Part shown: piece after piece, positions 39,641 through 52,449 of the stretch
How positions within the stretch are numbered: the first letter of the stretch is position 1
Layout: each line of letters opens with the position of its first letter
Assembly (NCBI GenBank): GCA_028534125.1
Contig: CM052832.1
Span: 23,872,001 to 23,936,000 of the forward strand
Direction: 5' to 3'
Source of the DNA: Lama glama
Lineage: Eukaryota
Length of the DNA: 64,000 bases
The notes under the pieces: model-generated
Seen by the model: the letters and a program-made list of their open reading frames with translations, nothing else
Told to the model about the DNA's origin: nothing
The model's database searches: none
Made by a program: the position numbers and the translations under genes

Positions 39641-40291
39641 AGTAGGAGGAGTAGCAGCAGAGAAAAATGGAAGTTTTAAGACATCATTCATAAACATATT
39701 CCTAATGAACCCATGGCCATTCCATTGGCCATTTATTGCTTTTCTATTAAAAAACGTCACACAGTTGTAAATGAGTTAGTTCTCTTTGTTAAAGTGTATA
39801 ATATATAGAAGGAAAAAGACTGAAAAGTGGAAGTTTCCTTTTCACTCCCCTAGTCTAGTCCCACTCAGGGGAAGCCACTGTGAAATTGATATTGATCCTT
39901 CTGGATACTTTCTTATATATTTACATGTATATGTACTGATATATGTATTTATATTTCTTCCTTAAAAATATATACTGGATACTGCTCCATATTATCTCAT
40001 TTGATAAAGTAACTGAGGATCTTCCATGACAGTACCCATTGTCTTTAATAGCTTCAAGATAGTCCTCAGTTTACCACAATTTACTACTTCCCTATTGTTG
40101 GACATTTAGGTTGTGGCCAAATTTTTGCCTTTATAAACAATGCTTCATTTACCTTCAAACAAGTGAGAAAGAATTCATACGGTATAGAGTCCCAGAAATG
40201 GAATTACTATATTAAAAGACATGCACATTTTTATATCCTAATGAATACTACACACTTTTTTCCAATTTATATTTCTTTCAGGAGTATATAA

Positions 40292-40460
40292 TAGGACTCT
40301 ACATGCAAAGTGTGGCCCTGTGACAAGCAGAATTGGCGTCTTCTGGGAGCCTGTTAGAAATGTAGACTTTCAAGTCCCATGAGACCCACTGAATCAGAAT
40401 CTGCCAGCAAGATTCCCAGGTGATTTACATGGTCATTAAAGTTTGGTAAGAACTGCTCTA
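40292..40460. mobile_element. MER5A-like DNA transposon
   Basis: caaagtgtggccc…ctgggagcctgttagaaatg…actgaatcagaatctg…caagattcccaggtgatt…aagtttg. Confidence 0.8.
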
Positions 40461-43339
40461 TATATTCTTTTCCTCCCTAAAATATCATTGGCCTTTTAAA
40501 TTTTTGCCCTTTCTCCTTAACCTCCAAGTACTTAAAAACTACTTATTTAATAATGCTCCCTAGAATTTTGCTGGGATCTCTACAAAAGACATAAATTGGT
40601 AATTCACAGGATAGACCGTTTGTAAATACGAAGATAATTTTTTCCCTTCTCTAGTCTTTTGGCATGTCTTTCATTCTCCAAGATTTTTAAAGGACAATTG
40701 ACAGTTATTTAACAAATGCGTCTGCTAGTTGCCTCCATTTTCTGAGCATAATTAATCAGGGTTGGGAGACCTGAATTTTATTACAGCAGTGAGGTGCTCT
40801 CTTAAAGTATGATTTGTGCCTTATCTATACACAGGGAAGTTCAAAGACCATCTGGAGGATACTGAAGAGCCATCGGAAATACATGTGCCACCGTGCAGAA
40901 CTACTGCCTCAGGAGATCCTTTAACAAATGCTCTAGGAACTCCTAGTTCCTTTTGTTGGTTGGTACTTGGGGGTGGTTTGCCCCCTCTGCCTTCTACGTC
41001 CCACCTTGTCTCAAGGCAGAGAGCTCCCCTCTGCTTCCTGTTTTGTGAGAAAGAGGGAAGAGTCGTGTTAACTGGAGTGAATTGTTCCTCAGTTATTGCC
41101 TTTGTCTATACCAGTTTTTGAGTCAATTGTTGACCTTTACACTGCTAGTAAATGTTTATTGAATGCCTACTGCCTCCCAGGTACCATGTTTTGCACACAT
41201 CAATTCTCTCAATCTTCAAAGCAGTCCTCTTAGGTATCATTTTTGTCATTTTCCAGGGTGGGGATTGAATAAACGATTGAATAAATGGTAGGATCTGGCT
41301 TGACTCTTAAATACCACCCTATACTTCCCACAGGTGAGCAGCAGAACTATTGGGAGGATCAGAAAGGGACTGAGCAGGACCGAGGACATTTTATGCAAAG
41401 CATCACTTTGCTGTCAAGTAAAGAGTAATACAGAAAGTGTCATCTATGGCATTAGTAAATATAAAACTAAAACAAAATTGCCTTATCTATACACATAAGT
41501 AGCACTTTGGGTCTATTTGTTCCTATGAATACTGTTTCCTGGGAAGCTTAAGGGTCAGAGTTGACAACAATTTCTATTTCTAGCTTTTTGAAAGAGTAAG
41601 AGGAAAAAATAAACTCATTTCTCAACCCTTGTAAGAGATTGCTCTGGATGCAAGGAGTGCCATGGTTCACTATTAACTAACCTTCCTAGTCTTCCTTGCC
41701 TCTCTCCCTTCTATGACCCTTTAGCTGTAGGTTCCATAAGAATACTTCTAAGTTGTTAATAAAATTCTGTCACTACAAACAGGTGGAGTTCTGTCTACTC
41801 CCGATACTCAAATACTATAGAAATACCCCCAAATGTTACCACTTATTTCAAAGATATACTGACTGCAATTTTAAAGGAAGTTTCTTACTCAAATCAAGTT
41901 CAATGAAAAAAAATATGTATTTCCTTTTTAGTACCTTCGGGGTGAGGGCAGACGTGCATGTGGTTATCACAATATATAAGACCTCAGTAATTATTGCTGA
42001 AAGAACTGTGACACTCATTTATTAAAAGATTTCACAGAAGCTAGGGATTCTACTTTCTAAAATATCCAATACTCTCAGCATTAATCTATGCACCAGGAGA
42101 TTCTGAATAAATTGTGTAAGACCGATATAACTTAAAGACCTCCTTGGGGGCATTTCTTGAATTTGGACCCTGTCACAAACATACTTTCTACATAAATATT
42201 AGCTGCATTCCACTGGCTCTGTAGGCTTAGACATCATAAAATAAAAAGAGAAAAATAAAGATAGCACTGATATAAAAAGTATCTATTAAAATAAGTATCC
42301 AAAAGCAAGGAATGGGGGGAAAAAAGGAAACCTATTCCACTAACAGAATTAGCCAAAATGTCTCTCCTTTGATGAATTTTCCTGACTTAAGGCCTCAAGG
42401 AAGTCAAGGAATGAAACATTTATAAGGAAAACAAATCTTATGAAATTATTATAAAAAATTTACTTCAAGATAAGGATGATGAGCAGAGCTAGGGGGAAAT
42501 ATCCGTATTTCCATATTCTGTTTTTGGGAAAGGGAACCTAGAGGTTCTCTACAAAATGAAGTGATGGCGTGAGTAATTTAAAAAGTTAATTAAATCATAA
42601 TACATAGCCAATTTGTTAAATCCTTAAAAATAATTTTCATAAAAGAAAAGCATGCCTTTTACATAGTACATCTGAAATAAATATCAGAGTTTAACTCATT
42701 AATTAATAAGGGAACCAATAAGATGCTACAGCTGGTTTCAAGAAGAATTTAAAAAGGTAGAGAGGCATAGGAAGATAATTAAATAAATTTGCAAACAGAT
42801 GCAAAAATGGGCTATGTCTGCAGGGTAGGGGAGAGTAAGCAACTGTCTCTTCTCCAGACAATTTATTTGCAGGTTTAATTGACATAAAATACTTGCATTG
42901 CATGGATCACCTACAAATTATAGAGTTCTCAAATAGCTCAAAGACAATAAAAGACACGAGCCCTGTAGAACCAGATAATCCAGAAGAGTGTGCTCTAAGC
43001 TGAACACAGTTTTCCGTTGAAAACACCCAGTAATCTTTCCGCACATTTCAAAAGCTTTCACAGTTTTTTCCCCCACATAGAGGATATAAAATCAAACACA
43101 GCTATCCCACGGTTGTCTAAAGTTCTCAGTATCTCTGATGCAGATGTAGCCTAGTCAGATTTGATTTCATTCCAAACAGAACAGTAGTTTGCATCTATTT
43201 TTTGGATGGTAAAAATTCATCTTTTACTTGCAGAAGTGTCACCCGCAAAGCCCATGAACAATTCTCCAGAAATAAAAATAAAATCTGGATAATAAAATAA
43301 AGTCTAACCTTTTCTCTTCTCTTTTCCTTTGTGCTCAGT

Positions 43340-43670
43340 CTAGCTGCGCTTGCTCACAGGGTACTGCGTGCAGAGGCCTCGCACCCAGCACTTCAGAGTT
43401 CCCAGTGCAAAGTGCCGGGGCGACACTTCGTCCCGCACGTTGTGTGTAAAAGTGCTCCACACAGCGGCTGGGTTCAAGATGGCGGGCGGAGCGCAGAGGC
43501 GGGCGGTGCGCAGAGGCGGGGCACGCACTGGGATCTGGACGGTGGGCAGCAGGCCCCTCCCCCTCACCCGGGCACGGCTCCCTCTGCAGCAGCCCTGCCC
43601 ACCGCCTGTCCCGGAGAGCATGCGCCCTAGGGCGGGCGCGCCCGCCTCTCCACTGCCCGCGAAGAATAAT
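43340..43670. promoter_or_regulatory. Small CpG island with promoter motifs (direction and gene unresolved)
   Basis: CpG-rich stretch of about 330 bp with YY1 CAAGATGGCGG (43475-43485), several GGGCGG boxes, duplicated GCGCAGAGGCGG and NRF1-like GCATGCGC (about 43618). Confidence 0.75.
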
Positions 43671-43679
43671 TACTTTGCC

Positions 43680-43983
43680 TTTTTTTTAATTTGGGTTTTT
43701 TTTTTTATTTTTTGCCATTATTCTTTATTTTATTTTATTTTATTTTATTGAGTTATAGTCAGTGTTGTTCAATGTCATGTCCATTTCCAGTGAAGAGCAC
43801 AATTTCTCAGTTATACATGAACATACATATATTCATTGTCACATTCTTTTTCACCGGAGCTACCGCAAGATCTTGTATATATTTCCCTTGTGCTATACAG
43901 TATAATCTTGTTTATCTGTTCTATATAGACCTGTCAGTATCTACAAATTTCAAACTCCCCGTCTGTCCATTCCCACCCAACTC
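43680..43983 (-). mobile_element. Young L1 3'UTR fragment abutting the CpG island
   Basis: Antisense L1 3'UTR related to the copies at 19.8-20.15 kb and 62.7-63.0 kb, with a (TTTTA)n tail. Confidence 0.85.
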
Positions 43984-45454
43984 GATCTTGTTCTATTGGC
44001 TCCAAAGCCACCAGGCAGAAGGACTCTTACTGGGGACTGACTCGGGAGGGTAGGTAACAGAAGGGGAAGATTAAAATGGCTATTGAGAGCTCACAGTCCT
44101 TCTAGAAGGAATGAGATCATGCTAGAGGGGAGGGGAGATAACAGAGACAGGGGAGCACCAGTACTGGGAGCTGGAAGAGGGGGAAGCGATAGACTTAATC
44201 TTTGGTGGGTCTGGCCTCTGGGGTTATCAAAGGAAACTAGAGAAGCATTTCAAAGATTTTCAATATTTCATAAATTTATTTGTAAATTCTTCTGAATCTT
44301 GGAAAATGTTATCTAATTTCTTTTATTAGATCACCAAATTAATTCGTATCTCTCCGATAAGCCATTACTGAATTTTTCTCTTTTGACTGCCAAGAGTTGC
44401 ATATACTTTGCATGAACTCTCTCTCTTCACTCATTCTCTATAATTTTTTCATCCTGAAGTTCAAATTGCATTTCAGCCACCAATAACAACAGTAAAGAAA
44501 TGGTTCAGATGTAGCTCTCGTGTCCCGATCAAGGTATTTCTCTCAAGGTGATTCACACTCTCAGACTTTCAAAGATGTGCAAACATTTATGTCATTACTA
44601 ATATACCAGCAAAGCCTCAGCTGTACCAAAGGCCAGAAGTAAAATTAGAGCAGTGAACTAATTAGCGTCGTACGTACTGAAAGAAACTGGCAGTTATTTT
44701 TTGTATTTACCACTTGAGAACAAGGGGATGGAGTTTGTCAAGTTTAAAACCCAAAGTGCTGACAAAGTACAAAGCATTAACTTTTGAGACTCAAATAGTA
44801 TTACTACCGGCAGCATGCAAAGGCATCTTTAAGAAGTACAAAAATTGGCACCAAAGAACCAATTGCATTGCATCAGGGAAAAAGAATTGAGTGCCTTTTG
44901 GCTTTTGAGCTTTTCAGAACAACAAAATTGCTTCTCTTCTGGGGAGAAGCTATAATTGTTGCTCTGATAAAAAGATTTCCTGAGACAAAGTCTTCTTTCA
45001 AAAATAAGCCTAGATCAGATTGTTTACCCTTAACTTAAAATTGTGCACCCCAATGAAGATTTGTATAAAATTGCATTAAATATGTCCATACTATTTTTCT
45101 GCAGGATTTAAAAGCTAATGATCTTTGTCTGTCACCTCCACTCCTTCAATGTGCCTGGTTGAAGTGACTGATACTTGCAGGGGAATTTTTCACCTAGAAG
45201 GGTTTGGTCTGTCTGCCTTTCAAAAAGCTTTGCAGAGCTTGCTGGGAATGAGCGTGGTAGAGTAGAATGGAAGCAGCTCTCAATGCATTTTGTCATCTAT
45301 TTTTTTCTCTTCTCGGTTTTTTTCCTCACATGCTAATTCTGGCTACTAAAAACATCTTTCATTCCTTATGCCTAGCAACCAATCTACTTCATGAATAGAC
45401 AATTGAGCTGCAGCAGTGATAGGGAATTAAAGCCCATCAAAGGTTAGGACAGAT

Positions 45455-45665
45455 TCTTGATCCAGAACGGTCTGGATTTGAATTCCAGCTTTGGCTCTTA
45501 CAGCCTTGTGACCTAGGACAAGTCACTTCATTTCTCTATTCTCAGTTTCCTCATCTGTAAAGCAGGGATAATGGTACCAATGCCTGCTTCAATGGGTCAT
45601 TTTAAAAATTATGAGCTCACTTTTGTAAAGTGCTTAGAACACAGCTTGGCATTTGGTACATGTTA
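45455..45665 (+). mobile_element. MIR SINE
   Basis: MIR core tgtgacctaggacaagtcacttcatttctctattctcagtttcctcatctgtaaagcagggataat. Confidence 0.85.
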
Positions 45666-46719
45666 TATATTTTGAATTAATTATGTTAGGATAATTGCTC
45701 TTAATTGTGAAGGCTAGAAACAAGTTAAATGTCCATCCATAGGATGGCTGGTTAAATCAGATACAGTACAGTTATACAGGAGTATACAATGTAAGTATTA
45801 AAAAGAACCAGGCAAGTTCCCCTGTCTTTTACGGGAATAGCACCAATAAAAAAAGACACACACACACACGATGAGGTCTGGAAGAACACAGAGGTAACTA
45901 TAATCAACGATTGTTTCTGAGTGGCAGAGAGACTTAGGAATTTGAGAGGTTTCTTTTTTTATTATATACCCTTTTGTTCTACAAAAAATGTTTTGTTCTA
46001 AAAAAAGTTCTAAAAAAATTAATCCAGTTTCAGTTACTACTCTTTCAATAAAAGTCTAGTTCACTATAATTTTATTAGGAGAAAAAAGGATATTTGTGAA
46101 AGATTAAGACCATGGACTTAAATTTGCTATCTAAACGAATGAAGGCAAATATAAGAGATTCTGAACTACTTTGCTGGTATCTTTTGCATTAAACGCAACA
46201 TTAGTGTTTTCTTTGGGAACTGAGAACTAGCACTGAACATCCTCAACCCTCACTGTGTTTTCCAAGACATGACTTGGGGCTATGATGTAGTCAATAACTC
46301 ACCATAACTGAACCACATTTTATTACTTACAAGTATAAGATTAGGTGTGCTTCAGCCTGCCTATCTGCCCTCCTCCACCAGGCACTTTCCTTAATTTTTA
46401 CAAGAGGTGGATCTATGTTAAGAGGATAATAGAACCAGAAAATGAGCTGCAAGAAAAACACAGAAAGCTAGTCATTCCTTATAAACGAATAGCCTGATTG
46501 TCCTAAACATTTTCCCTATCAGTTTACTGTGATGCCTATGATTCCCACCATTAGTCACTCCTTAGGGTTAAGGTATAGACTCTATAGACAGGAGTTTTCA
46601 TATAAAGGAAACCATTATGCACAGAATGCAAAAAAAGAAAAAAGTGAAGAAATTGAAGTGTTGAGAGCTAGGTAGCTACAGAGCATGTGGATTTCAGAGA
46701 TAGCCTCCAGCAGTGAAAG

Positions 46720-46950
46720 AGACATTTACACGGTCAAAATAGGACTGCATCCTGGCTCTGATGCTGTCATATGTTCACTTTGGGAATTAGTTCACACCTC
46801 TGGGCCTCACTTTCCTACTCTGCAAAACAAGGATAATACTTGTATTTACGATAATACAAAAAACCTTGTTTTGCTGTATATCCCCAGAGTCTAGAACAAC
46901 ACCTGGCATGTAATAGATGCTCAATAAATATTTGTTAAATAAATAAATGT
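46720..46950 (+). mobile_element. MIR fragment + L2 3' end
   Basis: MIR core (acctctgggcctcactttcctactctgcaaaac) followed by an L2 tail (cctggcatgtaatagatgctcaataaatatttgttaaat). Confidence 0.7.
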
Positions 46951-46999
46951 GTTAAATGAGGTAATAGAAACTACTTGAAGGCAGGAGGTGGCCAGTATA

Positions 47000-48580
47000 T
47001 CTTAGTTCTCACCTACTGGTTCCTGGAAAGCATTTGACAAGATTTTTCATGGTATGTTCTTCATAAAGAGAGGATTATGGGCTAGAGGCGAGGATTAGCA
47101 ACTGCTTCAACAACTATAATCAAAGGTAGATTAATGGATCACTGTCAGTCTGGTGATGGGTTTCAGGATTTACCATGAGTAAATCCATGAAGCATTTTTG
47201 TCATCTACTTGGGTAAGAGTATAAACAGTGCGGTTCATCATATATTTGTATGACACACCAAACTGAAAGAAGGGATATATTGGAGGGAAGACTCAGGAGA
47301 TTTTGACTGATTAACTTGAGGGAGAGAATTAAATGAGATGAGATTTAGCCAGGTAAATTTAAGGCCTTGCATTTGGATCCAAAAAACCTTAAAACATATG
47401 AACATAACAGAAGAGACTTTGTTTATATATACCACAATTTCTTTATCCAGTCATCTGTCATTGGACATTTAAGCTGTTTCCATGTCTTGGCTATTGTAAA
47501 TAGTGCTGCTATGAACACTGAGGTGCATGTATCTTTTCGAATTAGAGTTTTCTCCAGATATATGCCTAGGAGTGGGATTGCTGGATCATGTGGTAAGTCT
47601 ATTTTTAGTTTTTTAAGAATCTCCATACTGTTTTCCATAGTGACTGCAACAAATCACATTCCCACCAACAGTGTTGGAGGGTTCCTTTTTCTCCACACCC
47701 TCTCCAGCATTTATTATTTGTGGACTTTTTAATGATGGCCATTCTGAGTGGTGTTAGATGATGGGGAAAGAGGGCGGGAAGGGGTAAAATGGGAGTTCAA
47801 GATTGGCAGATATTAACTATTATATATAAAATAGATAAACAACAAGTTTATATTGTATAGCGCAGGTAACTATATTCAATAATTTGTAGTAACCTACAAT
47901 GAAAAAGAAAATGGAAAGGAATATATATGTATATATCTGACTGAAACATTATGCTGTACACGAAAAAAATGGAAACAACACTGTAAACTGACTATACTTC
48001 AATTAAAAAAATATATGAAAACTAGCTTAAGTTTAGAGATGAGTGATCCAGATCATGAAGGGATATGGTACTATGTGTATGAGGTTTAATTAAAGAAAAG
48101 GAAAATTTAGCCTGGAGGAAAAATGTAGATGAGGATAAAATGTTGCTAGGCTGTCATATGGGAAAGAAATTAGATTTGATCTCTAAAGCACCAACAGGTA
48201 AACTGTCTTTAACAGGGAGAATTAATACAGAGATTTTTGTCTCAGTCTAAGGAAGAATTTTTATGGGTTAAAAACTGTCCAAAGATGGGATAAACAATAA
48301 TGGTTTTCTTCATTGTAGAATGTGTGTCCTTCTAAAAAACATCAGAGAGCAAAAAATGTTGAAACATAAACACTGTTATTATTTGGAAATCTCACCATCT
48401 GTTTAACCTCAAGCATGCTAATGCATTGTTGAAAAAAGTTTTGAGTTTAATAGTTCACTGAATTTGGCAGATGTTCTTGCAGCGGTTGGTCCAGAGCTCA
48501 GCAGTGAAGTTACAGACAGGATGGTACTTAGATTAAACAGCATTTGGGGCCCCTTTCAAATCTGGGAGCTTATTATCTTA
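47000..48580 (+). mobile_element. Ancient CR1/L3 LINE remnant, interrupted by L1
   Basis: CR1-like RT traces (aaagcatttgacaag = KAFDK, accaaactg, atgagatttagccaggtaaatttaaggccttgcatttgg) and L3 3'-like sequence after 48070. Confidence 0.6.
47403..48011 (+). mobile_element. L1 insertion with 5' inversion
   Basis: Antisense ORF2 C-terminal piece (about 47425-47760, ORF 47423-47638 -) fused to a sense 3'UTR and A-tail (about 47762-48011). Near-TSD aaaacatatgaa / aaaatatatgaa. Confidence 0.85.
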
Positions 48581-48689
48581 TAAATGCCAGGAGCATTGAT
48601 TCTATTGAGATCATAGCTCAGGCTGGCCTGAGCACTAGGCCTCCTGTGAATATGTGAGTGTTAGCTCCATCGTTGGACTCCGACAGCTC

Positions 48690-49080
48690 CATCCACAGCC
48701 GGTTAACTAGAATGGAAAGCTGATGCAGTTGCCAAGCAACTCAGATTTGGATAAATATGGCTCCCTTTTCTGGTGTACCCGATCAGTAGATAAACAAACA
48801 TTCTTTTGAGTATGACTCAGTCTTATCCTATGAGTACCCTCATAAAATTAATGAAAGAATCAAAAGCAGATATTTAGGTAATTCAGGGCAAGCATTTCTA
48901 TGAATAGTCTAAAAATTGTACAGCCCAAATGGTTTGACCCACGTGGGTGATGCCCTCAATCCTACATTTCAATGTGTGAGTAGGACAAAGTTTCGGCAAC
49001 GCTACACCTCTCCTTGAGTAGGCGGTAGATGGGGTAGCAACCAGAGATAGAACAAGAAGACAACAGACCTGGAGGTAAGT
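48690..49080 (+). promoter_or_regulatory. Candidate RFX/forkhead-driven promoter and first exon ending at 49074
   Basis: X-box GTTGCCAAGCAAC (48728-48740), forkhead TAAACAAACA (48791-48800), extra RFX half-sites near 48995 and 49035, and a perfect donor GAG|GTAAGT at 49074/49075. Confidence 0.5.
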
Positions 49081-51007
49081 GTGAAACTGTATTTCTCCCA
49101 TAATTTGGAGTTGATTTGTGAGTTGGGATGTCTTTTTTTAGAATGTTGGACCACAGTCAGTAGCTGCTAGCAAAACAATGAGGTCAGTTTCTGGCAGCAA
49201 TGAAATGGTTGTTTCCCCAACCAGAGTCTGAGCTCTTTGAGGGCATTTATTTTTGTATTCCACAATGTCCAGAAAGCATAGAGTACTAGATATTAATTTA
49301 TTACTATTCCAGATCAAGGATGTCCTTGACATAATGTATATTCACTTATGTTTCCCAAATTTATGGGCACAAAATATGCACAGTATACTAAATATACATA
49401 ATAATACACATACCAATCAAGATACTGAAATGATGCAAATGAATTCTCTGAATATATTTATTATTATTGTGACACTTTAAAGCTTAAGCCAAGAAAAGCA
49501 TTTTTCCTAAAACAGTGGTGAAATATTGATACTCATCCATCAAACCTTTTTTTCAACAATTCCCTGCCATGCTTCTGTTTAAAATTGGTGACGTTTCAAA
49601 GTATTAAGTGTTTATATTTCAATATTTTTCTTTTTCTGATTTTAAAAAAATGACATGGATTCTTTTTACTATGAAGAAAACCATCATTATTTTATAATAA
49701 TTAAAAAAAAAATAACCTAGGAGGATTCCAGCCCTCCCAGTGGAGAGAATGACGTTTGCCTAAATCATGCTAAATTATCCCCCGTTGGTATGCCCACGGC
49801 AGGAGGTGAGAAGTGGGGATGGAGTGGAAATCCTGAACACTGGGGCTGAAGGCTCTTTATTCAATTGTCTGCTCTAGAGTGGGCCTGGATTGAAGAGCTG
49901 GCAGTCACAGTTCAACCGTGGCTGAGGAGCCTGCAGTGGCTTCTGCTACAACTTTCTTCCCCTCTCCCTAATCCTACTGTCATCACCCCTACCCCTAACC
50001 CACATGCCACTCTCGCAAATTTCTAAGGATTTTGCTTTGCGAACAACTTTGGGAGTCACCAGATCCAAGAAGCATAAAAGGAAGGATATTGAGGAAAGCT
50101 TTCTTGTAGCCTTGAAAGGCAAATTGTTGGAGGGAGGAAAAACTGGGCAGGACAAATATAAGAGGGAAATCAGATCCTCTGAAGGCCACCTGGTGTATAG
50201 TAAGTTCTCTCCTTAATGTACGCATTAGAGGTTCTGTGTTACTACTGTCACAGCACTGTCATCACCCTTATTTATAGATAAAGACATTGAGATGCCCAAA
50301 GAGGTAAACAGCTGGGCCAAGAGTTCTTTTCTCATTTTGCTGGACACAAAGCCATTATATGGCTTTTGGAGAAAGACTGTTTAGAGAAGACAGAATCAGT
50401 AAGAGAAGAGGGTTCATTTAATGTAAATCACCACCATCGTTCTGTTCTCTCTCTCACACGGGCAGAAATGACGCTACTTAAATCAGGGCTTTCCTATTTT
50501 TCTCATTCCTCTCAAAGACTCTAAATATTATGAGCCCTTTAAGGGCAAGGTCATATCCCAATGATCCCTTTTGTATCCCTACCACTCAGTACAGTGCCAG
50601 ACACTCCGCCCAGAGGCAGAGAATGAAGCTGATGGGGAGAGGAAACATTGGCATATTATCTGCATAAAATGATGCGAAGGAGTTTCAAGCTTATGAAGAC
50701 CTGGGACTTCATTTTACCTCTGCCACTAGCTTACGGTCCTGGGCAAGTGACTTAGCTCATCTGTGCTTTGATTCTCTATGAATAACACAAGTAGGTTGAG
50801 TTGTGGGTTCTTTACACTGCCTTCCGCCCCTAACCTTCTGTGTCTGCAGGGAGGCTTATACTTCATAGGGAACAGAAACATTCTGCTGGAATCCTTAGTC
50901 CATATCATCAGTAGCACCTGCCGGTTCTTACATAGCGCAAATTCAAGACGCCTAATTTACCGCTTGAGAGGAAATTCATGTGCTCACAATAAGAAATTAA
51001 GAAAAGC

Positions 51008-51385
51008 AGAGGGGGCAGATACCAGACATAAGAAAACAATAGCCCCAAGCCTGTGGAAGGAATCCACAAACACAGGCCAGACTCTACCCCGGAACCAGCT
51101 CGACCCTGCCCCTTGGGCGACAAGAGAGGAGTGTACTGTTGGGACTCAAAGGACACCTCCCACAGAGGGCCACTTCTCCGAGGTGGAGAATCATAACTAG
51201 CCCATCTAAAAACACAAAATGAAAGACAGACAAAATCAGGTGGCAGAGGAATATCCTCCAGGACAAGATACAAGAGAAAATCCCAGAAGAAGAAATAAGT
51301 GATGAGGAAATAGGCAATTTATCTGAGAAAGTTTAAAATGATGATGGTGAAGATGTTCAGAGAACTCAAGAGAAGTATAGATGCA
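51008..51385 (+). mobile_element. Tailless L1 5'UTR/ORF1-start fragment with TSD
   Basis: ORF1p N-terminus-like sequence (…NPRRRNK / EEISDEEIGNLSEK / MMMVKMFRELKRSIDA, frameshifted). Perfect 17-bp repeat AAGAAATTAAGAAAAGC at 50991-51007 and 51386-51402. Confidence 0.8.
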
Positions 51386-52449
51386 AAGAAATTAAGAAAA
51401 GCGAATAGTAAACAAGTCTAGGCAGCATTGACAAATAATCATGGGAACCCTGGAATCAGCTTTTAAAAAATAGTAGCTATTTACTATAATTTGGTGGAAG
51501 CCAGCCTGGAGACCTACTAAACATATAATATGACTCTTATGTGTAGTGAGCAGTGTTCCCTTGGGAAGAAGATCCTCTATCATGTTAAAAGGATTCTACT
51601 TACTTATGGAGGTGTGAAAACGTTAACCCTCAGAATCTAAAAACTATGGTCTCCTCTTAGGAAGACGTGTGCCAAGACAAAGTGAGAAGCACAGTGCTGA
51701 TGTGTTTGTGCATACAGGAGAATTTTTTAAAGTCCAATTAATTCTTAATCCAAGACGTTGTCTTAGTAACTACTATTTCAAGATGCTCAGTGCCTGCAAC
51801 ATAATTCATAGCTCCACCAAAGCAGGAGAAAAATAGAAAAAGACAGAACCTTAAAATACCCTTGCCAATTAAATCCTGAATTATTTTTGACTCTGAGAAT
51901 AGTCAGTCATTTGATTTAAGCTGTTAAGGATGATAAAGAACGCACTGATCCTTCATGCTTCCACTTACATTTTCGTTATTTCACAATCTTCAGTGTGTTT
52001 TGGGGTTTCATCAAGTCTCCTTTACCTCTGAATCCAAAGTGTTAAAAAATAGATATAAAGGCCAGCTTAATATTGGATTTTTACCTTGAAGCCTAATGCC
52101 AAAATCATGGAGTTCATGACCCACGTCACTAAATTACCATAATCCCAGGACAATCTCAAGAAATATACAAGATGTGATGCAGTGGAGGCACAGACCACAC
52201 ACCAAAACCAGCCAATACTTCATTGTTTACTCTTTGTAAGGTGAAGTTCATTGCTGAAGGGCACAGAGGTCAGGACGACTGCATAGATTCAGAGCAAACC
52301 TCCAAGATTTTTTTAAAATTTCAGTAACTGCCCATTACGAAGCCTCTTCTACGGTAGGCCCCTGTGGAAGTTTCTGTTCTACTGAAAAGCTCCTCCCCCT
52401 CCCTTTCTCCTGACGTTCCTGGTACAGAGGTTTAGAAGCCGAACAGCTG

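Noticed and set aside
17140..49080. Assigning gene names to the three promoter-like elements from their layout
   Set aside because: No coding exon of a host gene is recognisable in the window, so any name would be a guess.
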